DNA of 64,000 nucleotides from Eledone cirrhosa. Taxonomy: Eukaryota. The notes beneath the pieces were generated by a model. It searched no databases and was not told where the DNA came from. It saw nothing but the letters and a program-made list of their open reading frames with translations. Shown piece by piece: positions 42,926 through 56,989 of the stretch (position 1 is its first letter; every line of letters starts with the position of its first letter). The stretch covers positions 130,386,001 to 130,450,000 of the forward strand of contig OZ024742.1 of assembly GCA_964016885.1 (NCBI GenBank). The letters are read 5' to 3'. The position numbers were made by a program, and so were the translations under genes.

Positions 42926-43041
42926 TATATCTATCTAATTGTATAGAAATGTACATACAAACGTATCAATTAAAGGGAGGTAATAGAAGTAGCACTAACT
43001 TATAGGTGTGTATATGAAAATATATACAACACGTTTATTTA

Positions 43042-43251
43042 CAGGATGAGTATGGAGTCTTTCCCTGATTATAAACCTTTAAACAAAACTTAAACACGAT
43101 AGAAAAACAGTTTTAGAAGAGAAAATGTAAAACATATTAGGAAAAACTTTAAACTTGAAATTTATAAATTAAAACAATGAAGAAATAAGATCTCAAATAG
43201 TATCCGAGATATGTTATTTTATAATCAGGGAATGACTTTATGTTCACCCTG
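43042..43251. mobile_element. Tc1/mariner-type MITE
   Basis: TA-CAGGATGAG..TTCCCTGATTATAA / TTATAATCAGGGAA..TCACCCTG-TA. Confidence 0.75.
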
Positions 43252-43400
43252 TATAATAAATATACGAGAGTCTAACTATGTTTTTTTAATTTTTAAAAAT
43301 AAAACTGTGATAATCTCACAGCTGTCTCAGTGGTGGTAAGAATGCCAGACAGCTGTTTCTGGATATTTATCTTTCATGAGTCACATTTACTCAGTCATCA

Positions 43401-43619
43401 TTGATTTCTAGTATAAGAACAAGGCCAGTAATTCGAGTGGAGGGGAAAGTCGATTAAATCGACTCCAGTACGTTACTGGTGCTTTATTTTATCGACCCCG
43501 TAAGGATGAAAGGCAAAGTTAACCTCGGCGGGATTTGAACTCAGACCGTAAAGGGGCCGTAACTTTATGCTGCAAAGCATGGCGTCCAACTCTCTACCGA
43601 TACTGCCAATCCACCGCCC
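43401..43619 (-). mobile_element. Full-length SINE with a 13-bp TSD
   Basis: TACTCAGTCATCA at 43388-43400 and 43620-43632. Confidence 0.92.
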
Positions 43620-44299
43620 TACTCAGTCATCACTGAGACAAAAATAGGCTAAAGCCTATATAGTTTTTGATTGTAAAACGTCGACTGTGTATGCTCATTT
43701 TCATATAGTGCGAAATTGACTGGTTAGAGGGAGGTAATTAAAAGTGGCACAAACATAGCGTTGTTCATCATGAAAACATTATGCGATATGTTTATGTATG
43801 ATAAATATACTAGAGTCTCGTTATGATTTTTTAAAAATTAGCAGAGCGTAAGAATGCCCGACAGCTGTTTTTGGATTTTCATCCGTCACAGGTGACATTT
43901 AGTCACTCGCTATTGAGACAAAATAGGCTGAAACCTATATGGTATTTACGTATGAAATATTGGCTAGAGTTACTCGCTTGCATACGGTGCGAACTCAATT
44001 GGGTATATCTTTATCTTTCTCTCTAATTTCTTTCTTTACTTCTCATACATTTCCTTTACACTTATTTGTCTTATTAATTTTTTCAACCGTATAGGAACTT
44101 TTAAAAAATTAAATACGCGTTCTATAAGAGACTCGATTTAATTTCGTCACCAGATAACAGGTCCCCTATTAACAGATTTGATCCCTTCAGTTTAATCAAA
44201 TGTGATCTACTCATGATCATAAATTTAGGGCTGGGCTCAGTTACGTAATACTAATTCATCGTCGTGTTTCATTTTACCCGACACCTTCTATTTAACTCC

Positions 44300-45200
44300 T
44301 TGGCTGTAGTAGGTTTTTTTAAGGACTGTTTTATTTATCAGCAGTGCAGAGGCAACATATTTTGCTGCCATTTAGAAGAAGCCGGTAATGTAGTTTGTAG
44401 CGTTTTCTTGTAAAATCCAGAAATAATTCGAGATCCATGTTACATTTCATTTATCAATGTTATAGGTGGGATTGTAAAATTGGTTTTTGATTGATCCTTC
44501 TGCTATACCAATATAATGCTTCTGTGTTGTGCCAAAGTTCAGTTCTATCGATCGATCCTCCGTTTAATATATGATAGCATTTGTATTGCAAACTAGCGCT
44601 GTTATTTCTACACGACCAACTTTCCTAAGTGTATGTGGTGGGCTTATATGATACAATTTATTTCATGAGAGCGGTTTAGCTGACACTTTATAGTAGTTGA
44701 ACAGTTTCCTGTATCTATGCCTATTGATAAAGTGCTTATTTATTAAGTAAAGAAATATTTTTGCTATGTTTGAAATAACTTCAAGTGAATAAGTTGGCGT
44801 GTAAACCAAATACTATTACCATGCATGTTCTATTGTGAGAGTTATTTGTTGGGGTATCACTAATTTTATCTTTGAGTTCACTCGCTTCTCTGGCGATGTT
44901 TTAGAAACTGGCTGTTCTATCTTTAGCGCTATATTATCATAAAGAATGACTGCCCTTTCCCTCAAACATAACTAGTAAAAAATATGTCCCGTAGAAGTGA
45001 TTAAAAATAAGAATATTAAATAATATATTTCTAGGTTATAATTGCATAAATCTTCAGCATATATGTCTAAATGACATATAAGTTTAAATGTATGAGAAAC
45101 TTTAAAGAAATAACTATTTTCAGGGGCAAATGTACGATTAGAGCCAAAGACTCTGTGACTGGATAGCGAACTTCTTATTGGCGCAGTATGATTGAGCTAC
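44300..45200 (-). pseudogene. Decayed Penelope-like element (RT C-terminus and GIY-YIG endonuclease)
   Basis: Minus-strand pieces SIWF.., INKHF..HRYRKLFN, KHYIGIAEGSIKNQFYN. Confidence 0.65.
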
Positions 45201-45289
45201 GGAAGGAAGTGGGTATATGCCTGTATGTTTGTGAATGGACATTTTAAAGAATTATAGACGGATATCCTCTCTCTCTCTCTCTCTCTCTC

Positions 45290-46975
45290 TCTGACTCCCC
45301 CCTCTCTCTATATATGTATATATCTGTCTGGCCCTCTCTCTCCCTGACTCCCCCTCTCTCTCTATATGTATATATCTGTCTGGCCCTCTCTCTCCCTGAC
45401 TCCCCCCATCTCTCTATATATGTATATGTCTGTCTGGCCCTCTCTCTCTTCCTCTCTCTCCCTGACTCCCCCCTCTCTCTATATATGTATATGTCTGTCT
45501 GACCCTCTCTCTCTTCCTCTCTCTCCCTGACTCCTCCCTCTCTCTATATATGTATATGTCTGTCTGGCCCTCTCTCTCTTCCTCTCTCTCCCTGACTCCC
45601 CCCTCTCTCTATATATGTATATATCTGCCTGGCCCTCTCTCTCTTCCTCTCTCTCCCTGACTCCCCCCTCTCTCTATATATATGTATATATCTGTCTACC
45701 CTCTCTCCCTGACTCCCCCCTCTCTCTATATATGTATATATCTGTCTACCCTCTCTCCCTGACTCCCCCCTCTCTCTATATATGTATATATCTGTCTGGC
45801 CCTCTCTCTCTATATATGTATATATCTGTCTGGCCCTCTCTCTCCCTGACTCCCCCCTCTCTTTATATATCTATATATCTGTCTGGCCCTCTCTCTCTCT
45901 TCCTCTCTCTCCCTGACTCCCCCCTCTCTCTATATATGTATATATCTGTCTGGCCCTCTCTCTCTTCCTCTCTCTCCCTGATTCCCCCCTCTCTCTATAT
46001 ATGTATATATCTGTCTGGCCCTCTCTCTCTTCCTCTCTCTCCCTGACTCCCCCCTCTCTCTCTATATATGTATATATCTGTCTGGCCCTCTCTCTCTTCC
46101 TCTCTCTCCCTGACTCCCCCCTCTCTCTATATATGTATATATCTGTCTGGCCCTCTCTCTCTCTTCCTCTCTCTCCCTGACTCCCCCCTCTCTCTATATA
46201 TGTATATATCTGTCTGGCCCTCTCTCTCTTCCTCTCTCTCCCTGACTCCCCCCTCTCTCTATATATGTATATGTCTGTCTGGCCCTCTCTCTCTTCCTCT
46301 CTCTCCCTGACACCCCCTCTCTCTATATATGTATATATCTGTCTGGCCCTCTCTCTCTTCCTCTCTCTCCCTGACTCCCCCTCTCTCTATATATGTATAT
46401 ATCAGTCTGGCCCTCTCTCTCTTCTTCTCTCTCCCTGACTCCCCCTCTCTCTATATATGTATATATCTGTCTGGCCCTCTCTCTCTTCCTCTCTCTCCCT
46501 GACTCCCCCCTCTCTCTATATATGTATATATCTGTCTGGCCCTCTCTCTCTTCCTCTCTCTCCCTGACTCCCCCCTCTCTCTATATATGTATATATCTGT
46601 CTACCCTCTCTCCCTGACTCCCCCCTCTCTCTATATATGTATATATCTGTCTGGCCCTCTCTCTCTTCCTCTCTCTCCCTGACTCCCCCCTCTCTCTATA
46701 TATGTATATATCTGTCTGGCCCTCTCTCTCTTCCTTTCTCTCCCTGACTCCCCCCTCTCTCTATATATGTATATATCTGTCTGGCCCTCTCTCTCTCTTC
46801 CTCTCTCTCCCTGACTCCCCCTCTCTCTCTATATATATGTATATATCTGTCTGGCCCTCTCTCTCTCTTCCTCTCTCTCTCCCTGACTCCCCCCTCTCTC
46901 TATATATGTATATATCTGTCTGGCCCTCTCTCTCTCTTCCTCTCTCTCCCTGACTCCCCCCTCTCTCTCTCTATA
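45290..46975. repeat. ~65-bp (and ~50-bp variant) polypyrimidine minisatellite
   Basis: CTGACTCCCCCCTCTCTCTATATATGTATATATCTGTCTGGCCCTCTCTCTCTTCCTCTCTCTCC repeated ~27 times. Confidence 0.95.
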
Positions 46976-47475
46976 TGTGCTTACACAAACACACATGGCG
47001 GCGTAGTATAACGATGGATTCACACATGGGTAATTCTATAGGGGTTAACGTCATTTGTGGGTGGAGGTGTGTAGAAGCTAAACGAGTGGTTGACAGATAA
47101 AGAAATTTTAGAATCACAGTTTACATTAAATAAGGTGTGTCAACGTCTCCCCAGGCATTACTAACGTGACAGATATGGACTTTACAATCCTTCGATTGTT
47201 GCCTTTCCAAGGTGTTAAACAGAAGTGTAATCTGTTATCTGTTGGAATCATTTTTTCTATAGTTACTGAAGCTTTCTTTAGTCAGCCGCCGCATAGCACG
47301 CACCCTCCCCCACACACACACAACACACACACGCACATACGCACATACGTATTTCCGCACGTACATATACACGCACCACACACGCACATAAACACACAAA
47401 CAGACATGCATACACACGCACACACACATATATATATATATAATATATATATATATACACATATATATATATATA

Positions 47476-47512
<37 letters not shown>

Positions 47513-47518
47513 AATATA

Positions 47519-47551
<33 letters not shown>

Positions 47552-48714
47552 AATGGGGGGAGGGCGCATGCCCATAAGCACACACACATACATCTGTGTA
47601 TGTATATGATCTATATTTATGCATACATATGAATATACATATATCTATTTATTAATGCATATTTGTTATATATGTATGTTTGTGTTTTTGTGTATGCATA
47701 CATGCTTTAATTCATTCAGAAATACATACATACATACATACATACATACATACACACATACACACATGCATACGCACATACATACGTATACATACATGCA
47801 TTGTTATGCACAAACCCTACAGATGTACATACAAATACGCTCAAACACACACACACCCTACGTACAAGCAACACACATACATACACACACTCAACAGACA
47901 TACACACCTCACACACATATGCACAAACATGGAGATTTATTTCTTACTAGAAATTTTCATACATTTTCTAGAATTCTCCATACATGGAACAAACAAAGGC
48001 AAACCAAGAAAAACATAAAATAAAACCAAACAAAATCAAATCAAATATGCGAAGACCAAATTTAAAATGGCTGACTGAAGTTTAAAAATTCCTTTCCATC
48101 ATCTGCCATCATTTTTTTCTACAATTTTTCATTTCCCAAAATAACTCTATTGTGGAAATAAATAAAAATATTTCAAAATAGAGGATAACAACATCATCAT
48201 CACCAACAAGAATTACAATACGCACAAAAGATCCCCTCTCCATATAATTTAAAGATTTGAAGACTCAGATCTCCATTTTCACATCATAAAAAAACAAAAT
48301 AAAATATTGAAGGATTCATTCACTAAATCTCTATTTATTTTCTATTTTTTCGATGGCAGTTTCTCGGGATATATTATGGATGTTGTTGTAATTATCATTG
48401 TAGTAGTAGTAGTTGTTGTTGTTGTTGTTGTTGTTGTTTCTGTTATTGTTATTAAACAATTAATAAGAATAAGTATTTTTTTGTAATTTATCAAATTTTC
48501 GAATTTAAGTCAAAGTTTTATTTTAACAAAAAACAAAAAAAACAAAAAACAAAAACAAAGCAAGAAACAAACAACAACAAAATCCCTCCCGTCCCTTCTC
48601 CTCGATTTTCTCCCTCATTTACTTCTTATCCAACTTCTCTCTTTCATCGCTATTGCCATCATCATAATCTCCACACCTAGTATCATTCTTATTAACAGTA
48701 TCATTCTCATCTTT

Positions 48715-51700
48715 ACCAACACCACCACCACCACCACTACTGGCATCATCACCACTACCACCTCCACCACCACTGTCGTCATCACCACCACCACCACAAC
48801 CACCACTACCAACACTACCAACACTGTCGTCATCACCACCACCACCACCACCACCACTACCACCACTACCACCACTACCAACACTGTCGTCACCACCACC
48901 CCACCACCACCACCACCACCACTACCAACACTACCAACACTGTCGTCACCACCACCACCACCACCACCACCACCACCACGACTACCAACACTACCAACAC
49001 TGTCATCACCACCACCACCACCACCACCACCACCACCACCACCACCACCACCACCACCACCAACACTACCAACACTGTCGTCATCACCACCACCACCACC
49101 ACCACCACCACCACCACTACCAACACTACCACCACTACCACCACTACCAACACTACCAACACTGTCGTCACCACCACCACCACCATCACCACTACCAACA
49201 CTACCAACACTGTCATCACCACCACCACCACCACCACCACCACCACCACCACCACCACCACCACCACCACCACCACCACCACCACTACCAACACTACCAA
49301 CACTGTCGTCATCACCACCACCACCACCACTACCAACACTACCAACACTGTCATCACCACCACCACCACCACCACCACCACCACCACCACCACTACCAAC
49401 ACTACCAACACTGTCGTCACCACCACCACCACCACCACCACTACCAACACTACCAACACTGTCATCACCACCACCACCACCACCACCACCACCACCATCA
49501 CCACCACCACCACCACTACCAACACTACCAACACTACCAACACTGTCGTCACCACCACCACCACCACCACCACCACCACCACCACCACCACCACCACCAC
49601 CACCACCACCACCACCACCACCACCACCACCACCACTACCAACACTACCACTACCACCACTACCAACACTACCAACACTGTCGTCACCACCACCACCACC
49701 ACCACCACTACCAACACTACCAACACTGTCATCACCACCACCACCACCACCACCACCACCACCACCACCACCACCACCACCACCACCACCACCACCACCA
49801 CCACCACTACCAACACTACCAACACTACCAACACTGTCGTCATCACCACCACCACCACCACCACCACCACCACCACCACCACCACCACCACCACCACCAC
49901 TACCAACACTACCAACACTGTCGTCACCACCAACACCACCACCACTACCACCACTACCATTACCACCACTACCAACACTACCACTACCACCACTACCACC
50001 ACTACCACTACCACCACTACCAACACTACCACCACCACTACCAACACTACCACTACCACCACTACCAACACTACCACCACCACCACCACTACCAACACTA
50101 CCAACACTGTCGTCACCACCACCACCACTACCACTACCACCACTACCACTACCACCACTACCAACACTACCACTACCACCACTACCAACACTACCAACAC
50201 TATCACCACTGTCGTCATCACCACCAACACCACCATCACCACCACTACCACTACCACCACTACCACCACTACCACCACTACCAACACTGTCTTCAACAAC
50301 ACCACCGCCACTACCACCACTACCAACACTATCACCACTGTCGTCAACACCACCACCACCACCACTACCACCACTACAAACACTACCAACACTACCACCA
50401 CTGTCGTCACCACCACCAACAACACCACCAACATCACCAACACTACCATCACCACCAACACAACCACCACTACCACCCCCACCACCACTGTCGTCACCAC
50501 CACCACCACTACCACCACTACCAACACTACCACCACCACCAACACTACCACCACTACCACTACCACCACTACTACCACTACCACCACTACCAACACTACC
50601 ACCACCACCACCACTACCACCACTACCACCACTACCACTACTGTCGTCACCACCACAATCACTACCACTACCACCACTACCATCACCACCACCACTACCA
50701 ACACTACCACCACTACCACTACTGTCATCACCACCACGGCCACTACCACTACCACCACTACCATCAGCACCACCACTACCAACACTACCACCTCTACCAC
50801 CACTGTCACCACCACCACTACGACCACTACCATCACTACCAACACTATGACCACCAACAACACTACCACCACTACCACCGCTACAAACACTACCACCGCT
50901 ACCAACACTACCACCACTATCAACACTACCAACACTACCAACACTACCACCACCACTATCACTACTACCACTACCACCACTACCACCACAACCAGCACTA
51001 CCAACACTACCACCACCACCACCACTACCACCACTACCACCACTACCACCACTACCAATACTACTACCTCTACCACAATCACCAACACTGCCACCACAAG
51101 CAAATCTGTCAGAACCACACCCCCACCACAACTGTCAGACACCATGACCACGACGACGACCACCACCACTAATACCACCACCACCACCACCACCACCACC
51201 ACCACCACCACCACCACCACCACCAACACCACCACCACCACCACCACCACCAATACCACCACCACCACCACCAACCATACCACCACCAGCACCACCACCA
51301 ATACCACCACCAATACCACCACCACCACCAATAGCACCGCCACCACCACTACCACCACCACCACCACCAATAGCACCGCCACCACCACCACCACCACCAC
51401 CACCAATAGCACCGCCACCACCACCACCACCACCACCACCACCACGACCACCACCAATACCACTACCACCACCAATACACCCACTACAACCACCACCACC
51501 ACCACCACCACCAATACCACCACTACCATCACTACCACCACCACCACTACCACCACCAATACCACCACTACCATCACTACCACCACCACCACCACCACCA
51601 CCACCAATAGCACCGCCACCACCGCGACCACCACCAATACCACTACCACCACCAATACCACCACTACAACCACCACCACCACCACCACTACCACCACCAA

Positions 51701-51945
51701 TACCACTACCACCACCAATACCACCACTACCATCACTACCACCACCACCACCACCAATACCACTACCACCACCAATACCACCACTACAACCACCACCACC
51801 ACCACCACCACTACCACCACCAATACCACTACCACCACCAATACCACCACTACCATCACTACCACCACCACCACCACCACCACCACCACTACCACCACCA
51901 ATACCACCACCACCACTACTGTCAGACCCCCCCCCCCCACCACAG
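48715..51945. repeat. (CCA)n-based compound trinucleotide array
   Basis: CCA runs punctuated by CTACCAACA/CTGTCGTCA, later by AATACC/AATAGC. Confidence 0.95.
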
Positions 51946-52197
51946 CTATCATCATCATCGTCACCGACGAGCTGGTGCCTGTTATTTTGCTTTTAGTCAT
52001 TCTACAAGAAACGAAAACGGTCATTAAAAATCGGTTTGTCACAAGATTATAAAGGTATTTATCTAAAAATGACTTCTTGTACATAATCACAGATTTTAAA
52101 ACTGGGTCCGGGAAAAGAATAGCATACACGCATGCGCACACATTCGCATTTACACACACGTGTGCATATATATATATATACATACACACACACACAT

Positions 52198-52282
<85 letters not shown>

Positions 52283-52283
52283 G

Positions 52284-52429
<146 letters not shown>

Positions 52430-52533
52430 AATATATAGCAGAACATTTATATATATTAAGGTTTTCTCGCTTTCTCTCTGCCTTCTTTCTTTTTCTTTGT
52501 ATATATATATATATATATATATATACAGGTACG

Positions 52534-52591
<58 letters not shown>

Positions 52592-52710
52592 TAATATGCA
52601 TATATATATAAATATGTATGTACTGTATATATTTATTTATACATATATATGCGTATTATATATGTGTGTATATATACATATATATATATATTAATATATA
52701 TATATGTATG

Positions 52711-52760
<50 letters not shown>

Positions 52761-52889
52761 CACACACAGACACAGACACATACGCACACACACACACACA
52801 TATATATATATGCATATATATTTATATACACATACATATATATATACATATTTATATATTGTATATATATTCATATTTTACACCCCCCC

Positions 52890-52926
<37 letters not shown>

Positions 52927-53384
52927 GCGCGCGCACACACAACCACAGATGTATGTATACAGAATGGTAAATGAGAAGAAAAATGGAAGGGAAGCGAAAA
53001 TAAATTTACAGGAAGATTGACTGGAATTTAAATACAGTTTTATCTATTATGACTTGCAGCATCTCAATGTATGCACAAACATGTCTTGGTACTTATACAT
53101 ACATTTCTCTGTAGATATATCTGTATATATGCCGAATATAAAGCGTACGTCTACATATATGAGATGACAGTATAAACATTAGCCCGATACACAAAAACAA
53201 TAGGCAAGCCCTTCGAGTCAGGTATCTATCGCATTCCAAGCATCCGCATGCCGCTTGCCTCTGTGAAATTATGATATAAATTTGAAATATAGTCGCCACA
53301 ATACAGATAACTATAACAATATAATGAACGGGAAGCAGTTAGACACAGAATATATGATTTACAGGTATAAGTTAACACGTTATT

Positions 53385-53722
53385 ATAATTGTTTCCTCTT
53401 TAGGCACAAGGCCAGCAATTACCCAGTACATTACTGGTACTTTATTTTATCGACCCCGTAAGGATGAAAGGCAAAGTCAACCTCGGCGGGATTTGAACTC
53501 AGATCGTAAAGGGACGTAACTATGCTGGAAAGCATGGCGTCCGTGGCAGTATCGATAGAGGGTCAGACGCCATGCTTTGCTAAATAGTTACATCCCTTTA
53601 CTGACTGAGTTCAAATGCAGCCGAGGTTAACTTTGCCTTTCATCCTTACTGGGTCGATAAAATAAAGTACCAGTAATGTACTGGCATAATTGCTGGCCCT
53701 GTGCCAAAAGTAGAAACAATTA
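53385..53722. mobile_element. Head-to-head inverted SINE pair
   Basis: Minus copy 53385-53543 directly joined to plus copy 53544-53722. Confidence 0.9.
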
Positions 53723-54114
53723 TAATTACCATCATCAAATGTTGTATTTGCTTCTCTGATAATTAGCATTCTACTAAATAAACTCGAAAAATGCCAACTA
53801 TATATTTTATTAGATAACGTTACAAATGGAATGAAAATATGAACACATATGAACACATATGATATATACAAAGCATATAAATAAATTTACAGTAGAATAA
53901 CATAACAAATATGTTTTAAATATCATTATAAATGTTATAAATAACATTACAAATGCTTAGATAACATTAGAAATTGCTCGCAATTCTTTCAGAAAGATAT
54001 ATTCCTTTAATGTTGCACTATTAAAGAAAACGTAAAGGAAGGGATGAACAACCGAGCCAACACCAGAGCAAAAGACAGCAGCGTCGCGAGGGGTACTGGG
54101 CAACCTCTCTAATG

Positions 54115-54290
54115 ATTTTTTAGGCAAGTCAGCACACTCGCAGCGTTGCCTCGGGTGATGGCGATACTGTATTACTGTCTAGATAAATTATGAAAATAAC
54201 TGGTCTTATTTAATTTTTAATTCAATCGACAAGATTCCAGATGTTATTCGCTTACTGAATGGAGTGAAACTCGTCAAATCTGATCAAGAA
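54115..54290 (-). pseudogene. Possible C-terminus of a CRE-like non-LTR retrotransposon
   Basis: YSIAITRGNAASVLTCL matches the recalled SIAIQRGNA C-terminal motif. Confidence 0.35.
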
Positions 54291-54880
54291 AACAATGTTT
54301 CCATTGGTCTTTCCATTGCTGATAGTATGTACCGGCTGCAACTCATGTCAAAAAGAGCAACGTGAAATAAAGTGATAAAGTGTCTGGGAATCGAACTCAC
54401 AACCTTATTAGAATACTCTTTTACGTACATTTTTACAATAAAAGCGATGATGTTTAAGGTTTAAGGTTGGGGAGGCCAGCACATGGGACCCCATTTGCTC
54501 ACCATACGGAGAGATGGGGGAGGGCGAGAGATATGGAAGCGATGACAGTGGGAGTTCGGCTCTTCCACGTTCGGACCATATCCTTGTGGTTGTGTTCATC
54601 AAGTCCTAGTGCAGTAATGGAATCATAAAATGTAATTTTAAAACTTAAACCTACAAGTATCTATGATATATGTGTTCGTTCGTTTGTAACACCAACTTTC
54701 ATCTCTACATATGTATCTATTAGCCCTTTCTTTGCCTGCTGATAAACGCTTCATCTATGTCTATACCTTTTATACACATCTTTTCCCAGAAACAGAAGTG
54801 TTTCTACGTTAGGCACAAGGCCAGCAATTAGCCCAGTGCATTACTGGTACTTTATTTTATCGACCCCCGTAAGGATGAAA

Positions 54881-56935
54881 GGGGGGGGGCTTATGATGGT
54901 GAGGGTGGTGGTGGTGGGGCTTATGATTGTGGTGGTGGGTCTTATGATGGTGGTGGTGGTGGGGCTTATGATTGTGGTGGTGGGGCTTATGATGGTGGTA
55001 GTGGTGGGGCTTATTATGGTGGTGGTGGGGCTTATGATCGTGGAGGTGCAACTTATGATGGTGGTGGTGGGGCTTATGATGGTGGTGGTGAGGCTTATGA
55101 TGATGGTAGTGGTGGGGTTTATGATGGTGGTGGTGTGGCTTATGATGGTGGTGGTGTGGCTTATGATGGTGGTGGTGGGGCTTATGATGGTGGTGGTGTG
55201 GCTTATGATGGTGGTGGTGGGGCTTATGATGGTGGTGGTGAGGCTTATGATGATGGTAGTGGTGGGGCTTATGATGGGGGGGGGGGGGGCTTATGATGGT
55301 GGTGGTGGGGCTTATGATGGTGGTGGTGAGGCTTATGATGATGGTAGTGGTGGGGCTTATGATAGGGGGGGGGCTTATGATGGTGGTGGTGGGGCTTATG
55401 ATGGTGGTGGTGGGGCTTATGATGGTGGTGGTGAGGCTTATGATGATGGTAGTGGTGTGGCTTATGATAGGGGGGGGGGGCTTATGATGGTGGTGGTGGG
55501 GCTTATGATGATGGTAGTGGTGGGGCTTATGATGGTGGTGGTGGGGCTTATGATGGTGGTGGTGAGGCTTATGATGATGGTAGTGGTGGGGCTTATGATA
55601 GGGGGGGGGGCTTATGATGGTGGTGGTGGGGCTTATGATGATGGTAGTGGTGGGGCTTATGATGGTGGTGGTGTGGCTTATGATGGTGGTGGTGAGGCTT
55701 ATGATGGTGGTGGTGGGCTTATGATGGTGGTGGTGGGGCTTATGATGGTGGTAGTGGTGGGGCTTATGATAGGGGGGGGGCTTATGATGATGGTGGGGCT
55801 TATGATGGTGGCGGTGGGGCTTATGATGGTGGCGGTGGGGCTTATGATGGTGGTGGTGGGGCTTATGATGGTGGTGGTGGGGCTTATGATGGTGGTGATG
55901 GGGCTTATGATGGTGGTGGTGGGGCTTATGATGATGGTAGTGGTGGGGCTTATGATGGTGGTGGTGGGGCTTATGATGGTGGTGGTGGGGCTTATGATGA
56001 TGGTAGTGGTGGGGCTTATGATGGTGGTGGTGGAGCTTATGATGGTGGTGGTGAGGCTTATGATGGTGGTGGTGGGGCTTATGGTGGTGGGGCTTATGAT
56101 GATGGTAGTGGTGGGGCTTATGATGGTGGTGGTGGAGCTTATGATGGTGGCGGTGGGGCTTATGATGGTGGCGGTGGGGCTTATGATGGTGGTAGTGGGG
56201 CTTATGATGATGGCGGTGGGGCATATGATGGTGGTGGTGGTGGTGGTGGGGCTTATGATGATGGTAGTGGTGGGGCTTATGATGGTGGTGGTGGGGCTTA
56301 TGATGATGGTAGTGGTGGGGCTTATGATGATGGTAGTGGTGGGGCTTATGATGGTGGTGGTGGAGCTTATGATGGTGGCGGTGGGGCTTATGATGGTGGC
56401 GGTGGGGCTTATGATGGTGGTAGTGGGGCTTATGATGATGGCGGTGGGGCATATGATGGTGGTGGTGGTGGTGGTGGGGCTTATGATGATGGTAGTGGTG
56501 GGGCTTATGATGGTGGTGGTGGGGCTTATGATGATGGTAGTGGTGGGGCTTATGATGATGGTAGTGGTGGGGCTTATGATGGTGGTGGTGGAGCTTATGA
56601 TGGTGGCGGTGGGGCTTATGATGGTGGCGGTGGGGCTTATGATGGTGGTAGTGGGGCTTATGATGATGGCGGTGGGGCTTATGATGGTGGTGGTGGAGCT
56701 TATGATGGTGGTAGTGGTGGGGCTTATGATGGTGGTGGTGGTGGGGCTTATGATGGTGGCGGTGGAGCTTATGATGGTGGTGGTGGTGTTGGTGGCGGGG
56801 GATGGGGCGGGGGGGGGGGGGGGGGGGCTTATGATGGTGGTGGTGTGGCTTATGATGGTGGTGGCGGAGGAGCTTATGATGGTGGTGGTGAGGCTTATGA
56901 TGGTGGTGGTGGGAATGGTAGTGGTGGTGGTGGTA
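54881..56935. repeat. ~21-24-bp G-rich minisatellite (GGGGCTTATGATGGTGGTGGT)
   Basis: Directly visible; begins at a truncated SINE (54799-54880). Confidence 0.95.
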
Positions 56936-56989
56936 GTAGGTGAGAGTTGTGTTGGTTATAGTAGTTGCAGGTAGTAGCAGTAATGGAGC

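Noticed and set aside
48615-52201. 838-aa Gly-rich, 1103-aa Val-rich and Thr-rich ORFs
   Set aside because: Several frames are open because (GGT)n lacks stops; no independent coding evidence
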